Below are positions 1 to 14,000 of a stretch of 64,000 nucleotides of DNA, in pieces. Within the stretch, counting starts at the first letter, position 1. Every line of letters starts with the position of its first letter. The notes beneath the pieces were generated by a model. It did no database searches. It was given only the letters and a program-made list of their open reading frames with translations, and had not been told where the DNA came from. The position numbers and the translations under genes are program-made. Origin of the DNA: Octopus vulgaris (lineage: Eukaryota). The stretch is taken from assembly GCA_951406725.2 (NCBI GenBank), contig OX597840.1, forward strand, positions 20,274,001-20,338,000, written 5' to 3'.

Positions 1-279
1 TTTGCTCAACTAAAGGCGGTGCTCTAGCATGGCCGCAGTCAAATGACTGAAATAAGTAAAAGAGTAAAGGGTAACACTCGTGAATGACTTCACGTTCAAG
101 GTTTTATTCCAACTTGAGTATACAATGTTCAATAAAGATTTCTGGGAAGAAGAAAGGTTTTGAACAACTAGCCATGTGGCTTTATGGACGTGAAACTCAA
201 GGTAACCTCATAGACTTACCATAACTATCTTTATCTAATTATTCTGCTACTTAATAACTTAGACTGTGCTTCTCTTCTG

Positions 280-681
280 GATTTACCATTTACCGACGAT
301 ACAAACAATAACTCTGAGCACCTTTTCAAACTCTACCTGTCTCACACCCATGGACATATTTACAAAGTCAGAAAACAGCACAGCTCCCATGACTTTCAGA
401 AACATTTTTTCACGCTAAGAGTTGCTGAAGTATGGAACAAACTGCCGGCGTCAGTTGTTAGTTGTCGGAGCACTGCATCCTTCAAAACTTCCATGCTTCC
501 TGAGATTCGCCAACACTACACCCGATCTTCTCCCCTCCATACACACACAAGCAAGTATCTGACTCATACACTGTTCACTTCCCAGACATTTGTACATTAT
601 TGCAAAGGCTTTACACACACTTTCTGACAAGTTGTGGTGCACCTGAGCACTGTATACAATAATTTCATTATATTATTATTA
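280..681 (+). mobile_element. CR1-like LINE 3' fragment
   Basis: Translates HGHIYKVRKQ..HFFTLRVAEVWNKLPASVV..SFK, a CR1-type ORF2 C-terminus, and ends in an (ATT)n tail. Confidence 0.65.
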
Positions 682-921
682 TGATATATACATGTGTATG
701 TGTGTATGTATGTATGTGTGTGTGTGTTTATGGTAGGCTTCCACATAGTTTTCCTAAATAAAATTCACTTAAGGCTTTGATCAGCTCAGGGCTACATTAG
801 AAGATGCTGGCCAAAGATTCTGAACTTGAGAAGGGGAAATGGTCTTAAGATTCAAGAACTCTTAAAATGGAAATGACATTAGGGATAGGGACAGTCTTAT
901 TGTCTATAAATAAGGGGACAG

Positions 922-962
922 TTGAGGACGTATTTCTGGCTCAGCAGCCCTCATCAGCACAA
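922..962 (-). ncRNA. Degenerate minimal type I hammerhead ribozyme motif (Penelope-like remnant)
   Basis: Minus strand: ttgtg-CTGATGA-gGGCTgctgAGCCa-GAAA-tac-GTC-ctcaa. Confidence 0.5.
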
Positions 963-1623
963 GAATTATCCGAATTTATTCTCAATAGCCAAGGAACTTA
1001 GACTCATACAAAATCAAGTAAAAAAAAAACAACATAATCTTAAGATTATCTACACTTTTTAAGTGAAGTTCATCTCATCATATCGGTTTACAAACTGATT
1101 AAATCATTAAAGACTTCGCAAAGCATGCCTGCAAAATACTATATTAAGTATTTAAATGCACTAAATAACGTTAGTGTGTTTCTAGAAATAAATCTGTCAA
1201 AAAGACTAAAGCCTCCATTTACTTTTGAGGTGAATGAATAGGAAATACGAAAATAAACGATAAATTTTATTACGTCTAAAAATATATATATATTGGTATA
1301 TATAATTAATGTTTGATTCTTTAGTGATCAAATATTAATTATATATTTTATATATGTAATTATATATTAATTATACATTATATATTAATTATACATTTTC
1401 TATATGTAATTATATATCATGTAACACATTCTACCAGTATACGAAGTTTAAAAGTGTTCAGTTACAAAGAAAGTGTTTTTTAAATCTGCCGGTCAAAGCG
1501 AAAAGATCCAATATTTAGATAAAATATATTTAAGTTAGAAACTACATTTATATATCGAATTGGTTTTTGTTTTGTTTTTTTATCGTACGAAACTTCTGCT
1601 GTGAAACGTCAACTGATGTAAAC

Positions 1624-3963
1624 ATGGCAGCCCTGATCAAGAAACGGGCCTTGGCCGAATACAGCCAAGTTGTTCAGGTATTTCCTCTCGTCCACCTTAA
1701 CCTTCAATCTTTCTTATGGGTTCACATAACACACGTCCTTTTCATACACAGTATCGCTGAAAATTGGCCAGGTTTGTGTCCTTTAAGGGGGTTATAAGAT
1801 CTTCTCAGACACAGAGGATGACACATCGAATCCCGAAAGAGCCACGACGTAGTTGCGCCTCATGTTAGAAATAGCAGCTAAATCTCCCTTAAACCACACT
1901 CTACCACCGTGATAAAACGTGTAGGACTGTTTGGATGATGTAGTCTTAGATACAGTGAAACGCATCTCATAATCAAATAATTACTCGATCATTATATGAA
2001 CATGCATCGGCTTAGATCGGTTGTATTACGAGTGTATATTATATATGCAATGTCACGCCATCATATAAAGACTTTATTAAATGATTTATATATATATATA
2101 TGTGTGTGTGTGTGTATCGGTGGCCAGCTGGCAGAATCTTTAGCACACCAGGCGAAATGCTTAGTGGTATTTTGTCTGTCGTTACGTTCTGAGTTCAAAT
2201 TCCGCCGAGGTCGACTTTGCCTTTCATCCTTTCGGGATCGATAAATAAAGTACCAGTTTCGCAGCAATTTTGGTGGGAGGGGTTGAGTCGATTACATCAA
2301 GCCCAGTGTTTAACTGGTACTTATTTAATCGACCCCGAAACGATGAAAGGTAAAGCCGACCTTGGCAAAATTTGAACTCGGAACATACAAACAGGCGAAA
2401 TACCTCTAAGCATTTTTTGTCCAGTGTGCCAAAGATTCTGCCAGCTCGCCACCTTATATATATACACACACACACACACACATAACAAGAGATATATATG
2501 TTTGTATAAATGTAAACCATATTTTTTTTCTTGGTTATGCTTTCAGGAAAGAGCACAGCCTCTGAAACAGATTCGTCTAATTAAGAAGGTCGTCAGCTCT
2601 GCTGTCCAGCTCAACTTACAGTCTGCTACTAACTCTCAGGAGGTTCTACACATCTTACTGAAATTCGAAGAATCTCTCCCAATTGATGAGGACAGTTTAT
2701 CTGGTGTGCTGCGGGAACTCTTCGACCATTTCCCTCGAGAGAAGGAAGCAATGGTGCGATGCAAGATTGCAATGGTTATCAAAGAATTGGCTTACATTCC
2801 CAGTTTCAAGTATGACCTTTACACCGATGAAATACTGTCTCTCCTTAAAACTGAAAGTGAGTTTCTTTTTGCTTAAACATACACATTGCTTCAGTTCTTA
2901 AATTTTTATCACCTTCTCTGGTGGTTTTTGTGTTACACAGAACATCCGCTGTGCTTGAGGAGACAGCGAAATAAATATCAATGGAAATAGTAGTTGTGAT
3001 ACCTGTGCCAGTGGCACATAAAAAGCACCATCTGAACGTGGCCGATGCAAGCGCCACCTCAACTGGCTTCTGTGCTGGTGGCACGTTAAAAGCACCAACC
3101 GATTGTGGCCGATGCCAGACTCCCTTGGCACGTAAAAAGCACCCACTACACTCGCGGAGTGGTTGGCGTTAGGAAGGGCATCCAGCCGTAGAAACCTTGC
3201 CAGATCTGACTGGGCCTGGTGCAGCCTTCTGGCTTCCTAGACCCCGGTCGAACCATCCAACCCATGCTAGCATGGAAAGCGGACGTTAAACGATGATGAT
3301 GATGATGAAGGTGCAAATATTATGAAGGTAAAAGGCTGGAGTATTTACTGATCAAAGTTTTAAATCAGAACTTCCCAACCACATGGTTCCAGGTTCAGTT
3401 CCAACGAATCTGGGTACTATACCAACAGTATATTGGATAAATGCTATTCCATAGTGGGTTACACCCATAACCCCTTTCTTACTTTGTATGCCGTGGCCTC
3501 TACCTGGGTTGTAGCCAGCCCACTTATGCGTTCCTTTCCTTCTTGGGACACAAAACTCCACTTGTGAAGACCTGTTGAGGCAAGTGGAAATCAAAATCAA
3601 AATCGTAATCTATCAACATCAGTGGAATTTGTAGCTGTGATACCAGTGCCGGTGGCACGTAAGAGAACCATCCGAACGTTGCCAGCGCCGCCACGACTGG
3701 CCTCTGTGCCGGTGGCACGTAAAAAGCACCATCCGATTGTGGCCGTTGCCAGCCTCGTATGGCATCTGTGCCAGTGTCACGTAAAAAGCACCCACTACAC
3801 TCATGGAGTGGTTGGCGTTAGGAAAGGCATCCAGCTGTAGAAACACTGCCAGATCAGACTGGAGCCTGGTGCAGCCTTCGGGCTTCCCAGACCCCAGTTG
3901 AACCGTCCAACCCATGCCAGCATGGAGAACGGACGTTAAACGATGATGATGATGATGATGATG

Positions 3964-4002
<39 letters not shown>

Positions 4003-7000
4003 ATGTGTGTGTGTGTGTAATATGTTTTAAGCATTAATTTCTGTTTTGTTTTTTTGTTTACCCTATAGAATCCCATCGTGTGGTCAGTCAGTTAGTCGAC
4101 ACACTGACTGTTGTTGGTAAAAGCCAGTACCACAATACTGAAGTACAAGAGAAATTACTGTCCAGCGTCTTTAAGGTAATTCTTACATTTCTCATTTGTC
4201 TGTGGAATCCTGTATGTTGATGCCTCTGTTGCTATGCAACACAGAAGCACATCTCCAGTTTACCACCATCATCATCATCATCATTTAATGTCTGTTTTCC
4301 ATGCTACCATGGGTTGGATGATTTGTTTTGACATGGAGCTGATCAGCTGAAGGGCTGTTCTGGCCCAACATCTGAAGATCCTTTCTCACCACTTCATCCT
4401 ACATCTTCCTGGGTCTTTCCCTTCCACTTATTCCCTCCATAATTAGAGATATATTGGCCATTTAAAGTAGACCCCACACAGAGTTCCAGCAAGATGGATC
4501 AACTGCTCAAACCGCAAGAGAAACAATGCAGTTGCTATGGCAGTGCTTTGGAGAGAGAGAATAATCTCCTTCTATGGCAATGTCAAGTGGCCTTCATGTT
4601 CCCTTGACTTGACTATCTAGGATTTTTTTCTTGTGGGGTTACGTCAACAAACCGGAGACCCTGATACAACTGAATGAGAATGTCAATAGAGAAATCAGAG
4701 AAGTGGGGTCTGAAATTCTTGAGGGTGTTATGGTAGAAGTTTTGGAGAGAGCATGGGCATGCGAGGACGAAAATGGTTGCCATTTAAGCGATGCCATTTT
4801 TCATATGTGATGTAGTGGTGTTGCAAAATTTAACTTATGTATATTAATTTCCATTATGTCCTTTACGTTGTATCAAAATTTCATGCATTTATTTGTAAAG
4901 TTAAGGAAGTTATTAAAATTTGAAAGCCATCAGTGACTTTTGGGTCACCCTGTATATATAACCTTTCTGATTTAGGCACAAGGCCAGCAATTTCAGGGAA
5001 GGTGGGTAAATCGATTACATTGACTCCAGTACGTGACTGGTACTTATTTTATCCACCCCAAATGGATGAAAGGCAAAGTTGGCCCCTACAACAGGCTTCT
5101 TTCAGTTTCCACCCCCAAAGTCCACTTACAAGGCTTTGGTTGGCCCCAGGGCAATAGCAGAAAACAATTTCCCCGAGGTACCATGCAATGGGACCGAACC
5201 GGAAACCAGTTGGTCGGGAAGTAAACTGAAATTACATGGTTTCTCCGTTGTTTTTGTCTCTACAGCTTCTGTCCGATTCCAGTCATTTGGTGAGAAGCAG
5301 CTGCCTGGATTTCCTCGGTAAACTTGGTACCACAGACTGCCAACACAGTCGGAGCCACCAACCCCTGCAGAAGATTTTGGCTGACCACATGTATGACATC
5401 GACTCGAGAGTGCGCAGGAGTGCATTCAATGCTGTGGTGGGTGACCCTTTATTTGGTATTCAAATCACTCTCTCCCTTGCTCTATACCTCTGTCTCTCTC
5501 TCTTTCTCCCACCCTCTTTCTCTTCCTGTCCAATTTTTCTCCCCTATTTCTTTTCTCTCTCTCTCTCTCTCTCTGTAGAATCAACTGTTTTGTGATACAT
5601 TACACACAGCTTTCACTTTCTTATTTTCAGCTGAATCTTCATCAACGTGGCATTCAGGTGGACTTGGCCATGTACGACCACTGTTGTCGTTCACTGAAGG
5701 ACGACTATGAAGATGTTCGGATGGCCGCTATCAAGTTGATATGGGTTCTGTGCCACCTGTACCCTGAGAGGTGAGGTTCTTGTTTCTAAAATCTTTTCAC
5801 TGTATGTCACAAATACGAAAGTGTAAACCCAGGAGGATGTGGGGTTGTTATGGTCAGGTGATGTTGATGTTCGTACGGAGCCTTATATGTTGGCATTTAT
5901 GTTCACAAATAGACGCAGGCAAGACTGTGCTTTGTGCCTTTTGCTTTAATGCCAGGTTTTCGAATACCTTGTGAGGGAATTTGACAGAGGAAACCCAGTG
6001 TTGGTATGTTTATGTCCCCGTGACTTAGTGGTTCAGCAAAAAAGACTGATAGAATATATACTGGGCTTCTCACACAGCCATGCCTGCACCTATGCAGGCA
6101 TGGTTGTGTGGTATGATATTGATATATATATATATATATAAATAATGCTTTAAATAATTAATTCAAAACTTTTAAACTATCAAATTTATTTATACATTAT
6201 ATTTATTTTTATACATATTTACATATATCTTATATATATTTACATTTATTTATTTATATATATTTTTAATACAATAAGTTCTTTCACACGGGTATATCTT
6301 TATGATGAGTTTCGATATTAATAATAATATATTATTAAAAAATATATGTATATATCGCTCGTATTAAATATATAAATACTTTAATAGTATTAATATTTTG
6401 ATACAATATAAATTCAATATAAATTCAGTATATAGTATTCTTATTGAATATATTTACCTAAAGATTTATCATTGTTAAATCTATATCATTTTCTATTTAT
6501 AGCATGTCTTCTATAATATCCATTCTTCTTCTTTCCCAGTACGGTTCCTGTGACTGACACCTGTGAAGAGATTCGATTGGTCGATGATGGCTTTGTCAAG
6601 ATCTGCAACAGTATCAACGATTTCTCCATGAAGGTTCGCAAGGAAGCGGCAAGTCTTTTGGTAAGCATTCTTGTTGTGGTACTATATATCGTAAGGCGGT
6701 GAACTGGCAGAAATGTTAGCACATCGGGCAAAATGCGTAGCTGTATTTCGTCTGCCATTACTTTCTGAGTTCAAATTCCGCCGAGGTCGACTTTGCCTTT
6801 CAGCCTTTCGGGGTCGATAAATGAAGTACCAGTTACGCACTGGGGTCGATGTAATCGACTTAATACCTATGTCTGTCCTTGTTTGTCCACTCTATGTTTA
6901 GCCCCTTGTGGGTAATAAAGAAACATATATGATGGGCTTCTTTCAGTTTCCATCTACCAGATGAAACGTTGCTTTGGTCAGCCTTGTTTGTCACATTCTT

Positions 7001-7995
7001 TCATTATTTTCTTTCTTTTATTTTTCTTTCTTTTCATTTTTGCATTTCCTTATTCCTTTTATTTTCCAGGGTTCACTTCATCTGGTCAGTCCCAAATTCT
7101 TGGAACAGACCTTAGACAAGAAACTGATGTCAAACATGAGGGTGAGTTCAACCAATCCGTCACTTACAAATTACCCCTTTTTTACACTCCTAGATAAGGG
7201 TCATTTATCTGACCCTTTCTACTCATCCTTTTGTTGGCAACTCCTATAATGATTCTGGCCATCATCATCATCATCACTGTTTCAACATCCACTTTCCGAT
7301 GCTCACATGGTCCAGACGAAATTTGTTGGGGCAGATTTTCTACAACTGGGTGCCCTTCCTGTCCCCAACACTCCTTACTTGCTTCCAAGCAAGAGAAGGT
7401 TTTACTATGGTCAGATAGGTTTTCACAGAAGATTAGAAATGAAGAACCCCACATGTATCATCATCATCATCATCACCGTTTAACGTCCGCTTTCCATGCT
7501 AGCATGGGTTGGACGGTTCGACTGGGGTCTGGGAAGCCAGAAGGTTGCATCAGGCCCAGTCTGATCTGGCAGAGTTTCTACAGCTGGATGCCCTTCCTAA
7601 CACCAACCACTCCGTGAGTGTAGTGGGTACTTTTTACGTGCCACCTGCACAGGTGCCAGACGGAGCTGGCAAACGGCCACGGACAGATGGTGCTTTTGCC
7701 CATGCTGGTGCAATTTCGGTCAGTTTGGCCAGAGCTGGCAAGGCTGGGAGCTGCACCAGGCTCCACTCTGATTTTCTTCTTTTCCTTTTTTCTTTTTAAT
7801 TGTTTCAGTCATTTGACTGCGGCCATGCTGGAGCACCGCCTTTAGTCGAGCAACTTGACCCCAGGACTTATTCTTTGCAAGCCTGGTACTTATTCTATTG
7901 GTCACTTTTGCCGAACCGCCAAGTAACGGGGACATAAACACACCAGCATCGGTTGTCAAGCAATGCTAGGGGGACAAACACAGACGCACAAACAT

Positions 7996-8028
<33 letters not shown>

Positions 8029-11000
8029 CATATATACGACAGGCTTCTTTCAGTTTCTGTCTACCAAATCCACTCACAAGGCTTTGGTCGGCCCGGGACT
8101 ATAGCAGAAGACACTTGCCCCCTCTGTGTTTAGCTCCTTGTGGGTAGTAAAGAAATAGGTAGAGATCAATAAAATAAATACCAGGGATGTAAAAATATGT
8201 ACTAGAGTTGATATACTTAATGAAATGCTTCATGGTCCTGACTCAGCATCACTGCAGGGTGTTAATGAAAACTGGTAAAGCACAAGAATAGCTTATGTTG
8301 TTAATGTTGCCATCCATGGCTCACACCTCTGAAATTGTGTTTGCAGCGCAAGCGTACAGCTCATGAACGGGCCCGAGAGAACTACATGTCTGGTGAGTGG
8401 TCAACAGGGAAAATTTGGGCTGACGATGCCCCGAAAGAGGCACTGGACCCGGACAACATCAGTCTGATGAACAGCGGTGCCTGTGGAGCCTTCGTCCATG
8501 GGCTGGAGGACGAGTACCTTGGTAAGTGATGCTCTGCATCATCAGCATCATTGTCATTACTAATACAATCATCATTATCATCGCCAACATCACTACCATC
8601 ATCATACGACTACTATTGTCGTCATCATCAACATCACAACCACCACCACCATCATCATCATCATCAACACCATCATCCTCCTCCTCCTCCTCCTCATCAT
8701 CATCATTGTCATCATCATAGACATCATTACCAACATGATCATCATCACCACCATCATCATACTCGCAACCACTATTGTCATCATCATCATCATCATCACA
8801 AACATCACAACCACCATCATCATTTTTTTTTTATCATTACTGTTCCCACCATGACAATCTCCCCCTAAATACCATGATCACACGCAACTGCCATCACCAC
8901 TAGCACCATCACAATCATCATCATCATCACCAACATCATCACTATTAGCACCACCACCACTACGCCCCCCACTGCTACAGCTGCCTTTATCACCACAAAC
9001 ATCACTATCATCATCGTAAGCATCACAAAATGATAATATCCACCTCATGCCACCCCTCCCTTTCTCTTCCACCCCCATCTCTTTCTTTTCCTCTACTTCT
9101 CCCTCTCCCTCTCTACCTCTCCCCATCCCCCGTAACCTAATTCCCTCTCACCCCCTCTCTTCACATTCCCCTCCCTCTCAGCCACTGTAGCATTCTAATT
9201 CATTTACATTCTGTTTCTTTCCTCATGCTCTGCCACTGCTACCCTCCACCACCACCACTGCCACCACCGCTGACGCCACTTCCATGACCACCACATCTAC
9301 AGAGGTCCGCAATGCTGCATTGGACTCTCTCTGTGAGTTGTCTGTGAACTCTCCATCCTTCGCCCGTCTCTCCCAGGACTGCATCATCGACATGTTCAAC
9401 GATGAGATCGAGAGTGTCCGTCTAAACGCCATCAACAGCATCCGCAAGGTCAGCGCACACTTGGAACTGAGGGAGGACCAGCTGGACATCATCCTCGGAG
9501 TTTTGCAGGTAAGTGGAATTACCATTTAAGGCAGAGGGAGCTGGCAGAAACGTTAGCACACCGGGCGAAATGCTTAGCGGTATTTCGTCTGTCTTTACGT
9601 TCTGAGTTCAAATTCTGCCGAGGTTGACTTTGCCTTTCATCCTTTCGGGGTCGATAAATTAAGTACCAGTTACTCACTGGGGTCGATGTAATCGACTTAA
9701 TCCGTTTGTCTGTCCTTGTTTGTTCCCTCTGTGTTTAGTCCCTTGTGGGTAGTAAAGAAATAGGTATTTCGTCTGTTGTTACGTTCTGAGTTAAAATTCC
9801 GTCGAGGTTGACTTTGCCTTTCATCCTTTCGGGGTCGATAAATTAAGTACCAGTTACGCACTGGGGTCGATGTAATCTACTTAATCCCTTTGTCTGTCCT
9901 TGTTTGTCCCCTCTATGTTTAGCCCCTTGTGGGTAGTAAAGAAATAGGTATTTCGTCTGTTGTTACGTTCTGAGTTAAAATTCCGTCGAGGTTGACTTTG
10001 CCTTTCATCCTTTCGGGGTCGATAAATTAAGTACCAGTTACGCACTGGGGTCGATGTAATCTACTTAATCCCTTTGTCTGTCCTTGTTTGTCCCCTCTAT
10101 GTTTAGCCCCTTGTGGGCAGTAAAGAAATAAATGGAATTATCCTTGTCTTGCAAGTTACCCTGCCGGTGCTGGTGCCACTTAAAAAAGGAAGCATTCAGT
10201 CCACACTGTGAAGTGGTTGGCATTTGGAAGGGCATCCAGCTGTAAAAATCATGCCAACACTGACTACACCTGTGCTGGTGCCACGTAAAAAGCACTCAGT
10301 CCACTCTGTAAAGTTGTTGGTGTTAGGGAAGGGCATCCAGCTGTAAAAACCATGCCAAAATAGATCCAGTAGCCAGGTGTAGTTCTTCTACCTGGCTGGC
10401 TCCTGTCAAACTGTCCAACCATGCCAGCATGGAAAATGGACATTAAACGATGATGTTTTAAGGCAGTCCCAATATTCAAGACTGTTAAGCTTTTTATTAT
10501 TTTCGTAATTGCTCTCTGGGGTGGTGGGGTCACTCAATTCTTGTGATGTTCTCTCTCTCTCTCAATTCATTTTTCTCTATTTTACTCTCTCTCTCTACCT
10601 CACTTTCTCTCTCCCTTTCTCTCAATTTATATTTCTCTATTTCTCTCTCTCTCTCTCTTCCTTTCTCTCAATTTATATTTCTCTCCCTCCCTCTCTCTCC
10701 CTGTCTACCTGTCTCCCTCCGTCCCCATCTCCCTCCCCCTCACTCCCTCCGTTTATCTCTCTCTCTCTTTCACTCTCTGTTCTTCTTCTGTGCAGGATTT
10801 CTCGGGCACAATCCGTGAGTCCCTCCGCGAAATGTTGGGCCACATGAAGTTGGCAACCAGTTCCTGCCTCAACAACTGCGTCATGGAGCTGCTGGAGAAC
10901 CTGAAGCGTTATCCTCAGGACAAGGTTTCAATTTGGAAGTAAGTCTCAGAAGGAACTCTTTCTTCATCATTTATATTGGTTATGAAGACAGCAAGCTGGC

Positions 11001-14000
11001 AGAATCTTAACAGCGCCAGGCAAAATGCTTAGCGCCATTTTGTCCATCTTTATATTCTGCCGAAGGTGACCATGCCATTTGTCTTATCATGAAGGACCTG
11101 TTGAGCACCAGGGTCGATGGAATCAACTTACCCAACCTGACACAAAAAACAATATCTGGCTTCGTGCCAAAATTTAAAACCATTATTATATGCCTACGGG
11201 CATATAGTGTAGTGGTTAAGAATACAGGCTACTAACCCCAAGATTCCGAGTTCGATTCGAAGCAGTGACCTGAACAACAACGATAATAATAATAATAATA
11301 ATAAATGCCCTGATGCAGTACCAGGCAGTGGCTCTCATGGCTTCTGATCTTAACTGATTGGAAGTGTTATCATGTACATTGTTTTGTCTTGGTATAAAAG
11401 ATGGGCTACAGCAAATATTCTGCTCAATACCACAGATTTGCTTGTCAGTTGTTTGACCTTAACCAGTTGAGCATGTCCCTTGGTGGCTGACGATATGTGC
11501 ATCTTTGATCACAAGCAGAAGTAGTGGGGGAGCATTATAGCCATGTGTTGACAGGGATTCTTTGGGGTTTGAATGATTCACCTCTGGAAACATGGGTGGT
11601 TCTTTCAACATCCTTAAACAACCCTTATTCAGGGACCTTTTGAGTGGGATGGGCTACTAAACCTGAAGAAAATTCTAACTGGGCCCCACCTGCAAGGTCA
11701 TGCGCTGTTTACCTTGATATGAGATCACCATGTTGCACACATATGGTTGTGATGCATGTGCCTGGTGTACCCTTATCAGACAGGTAGTCATGATGGGTAT
11801 ATTGGGCTTCGTATATTTTACCCCAGTGTCACTTTGATGGCATGTATTGCTCTCTCACTCAATAATAATAATAATAATAATAATAACATTGAAAAATACC
11901 TTATGAATGAGAACCCAGGTTTGAAATTTCGCCAAGACTGGCCCCCTCCCCCAAAATTTCGGGCCTTGTACCTAGAGTAGAAAAGAATATATATATGTCA
12001 CACCTGTATGTAATTTAACTTTTAGCCCTATGTAACTATGTCACACCTGTAATCAATTTATGGTTTTTGTTATTGCAACAGGTGTATGAAGAAGCTTGGC
12101 GAGAACGTACCAAACTTGACCCTGTCTCTTGCACCTGACCTTTTGTGTATTCAACCGTATTTCAGCACACCTGAGCCAGATATTGAAGATCCAGCTTGTA
12201 TCCTTTATTTCTCACCTGTGTCGGTTTTTACATTGTCACTCAACATGCTAGAAATAACAGCCCAGTTGACTTGGAAAACACACCTTACTATCTTTAACCC
12301 TTTAGTGTTCAGATTGCTCGTTAAATGTAATACTTTTTCACTCAAATTGTTTTTAATTAGTCATGTTTGTGGCCATTGCCAGCGCCGCCCCGACTGGCCT
12401 CCGTGCCGGTGGCACATAAAAGCACCATCTGTTCGTGTCCGTTGCCAGCCTCGCCTGGCCCCCGTGCCGGTGGCACGTAAAAGCACCATCCGTTCGTGGC
12501 CGTTTGCCAGCACCGTCTGGCCCCTGTGCTGGTGGAACGTAAAAAGCACCCACTACACTCACGGAGTGGTTGGCGTTAGGAAGGGCATTCAGCCGTAGAA
12601 CCACTGCCAGATCAGACTGGAGCCTGGTGCAGCCTTCTGGCTTCCCAGACCCCGGTCGAACTGTCCAACCCATGCTAGCATGGAAAACGGACGCTAAATG
12701 ATGATGATGATGCATTATGTTATAGCTTTGAGGTTTCAATGATGTGATTGTTTATTTTTAGAATGACATTGTAGGGTAAGTGTGAGAGGCTGGATATGGC
12801 CAGTTGGAATGTAAAACATGTGGAATATCTGGGTCAGATATGGCCAGTTTAAACACTAAAGGGTTAAACAAGAAGGATAAGTTCGATGAAATGTCTTAGA
12901 TATAAAGGAAGGGCATGGTTGGAGCACCTTTTGTCACAGGTTTACTTAATTGGGGCTGACTTGGGGGTCAAACAACAGCAACAGTCGAATCTTATCCCTT
13001 TCCCTCTCGTTAAGACCATCTCTAACCATCCCTTACTCTCTTGATACCCTCTACCCAGCCACCCTTCCTCTACTTCATCATCACTACCACCACCACCACT
13101 ACCACCACTACCCAATTTTCACCCTGACACCTTGTAAGATTCGTGCGAGGTCATTGCTAGCACCGGCTGACTGGCCTCTGTGCCGGTGGCACGTAAAAGT
13201 ACCCACTATACTCTCGGAGTGGTTGGCATTAGGAAGGGCATCCAGATGTAGAAACTCTGCCAGATCAAGATTGGAGCCTGGTGCAGCCATCTGGTTCACC
13301 AGCCCTCAGTCAAATTGTCCAACCTCCCCTGGCCCCTGTGCCGGTGGCCCGTAAAAAGCACCCACTACACTCTCGGAGTGGTTGGTGTAAAGAAGGGCAT
13401 CCAGCTGTAGAAACTCTGCCAGATCAAGATTGGAGCCTGGTGCAGTCATCTCGTTCGCCAGCCCTCAGTCGAAATCATCCAACCCATGCTAGCCTGAAAA
13501 GCGGACGTTAAAAGATGGTGTGTGTGTGTGTGATACGCTTGTGTCTGTTTGTCTTCCAGCCTGTATCACATGTAAATTCCTTAATTCCTATTCTGAAAGA
13601 TTTGAGTATTTTGGTGCTGGTCTTCAACGCTGCGGCTCGTATTCCCACCCTTTTGCCAATGTTCAGTGAATACGTCTGGCGTCATTATAGTTATCTGCGA
13701 AAGAGCATCCCAGATCTCGTGGCCCCATTATCAGTGAGTAAATTCATTTATCAACCTTAATTAACCCTTTAACCCTCGCATTATTCTGTCAAAGGTAATC
13801 CTTATTTATCAAGGCAGCGAGATGGCAGAAACGTTAGCACGCCGGGCGAAATGCTTAGCGGTATTTCGTCTGCGTTACTTTGTGAGTTCAAATTCCGCCG
13901 AGGTCGACTTTGCCTTTCATCCTTTCGGGGTCGATAAATTAAGTACCAGTTACGCACTGGGGTCGATGTAATCGACTTAATCCATTTGTCTGTCCTTGTT

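Noticed and set aside
8526-8868. Poly-His/Ser/Met ORFs
   Set aside because: Translations of an intronic (CAT)n microsatellite.
11198-11272. tRNA-like sequence GGGCATATAGTGTAGTGGTTAAG...GAGTTCGATTC
   Set aside because: Acceptor and anticodon stems pair poorly and it runs into an (AAT)n body; interpreted as a SINE head, not a tRNA gene.
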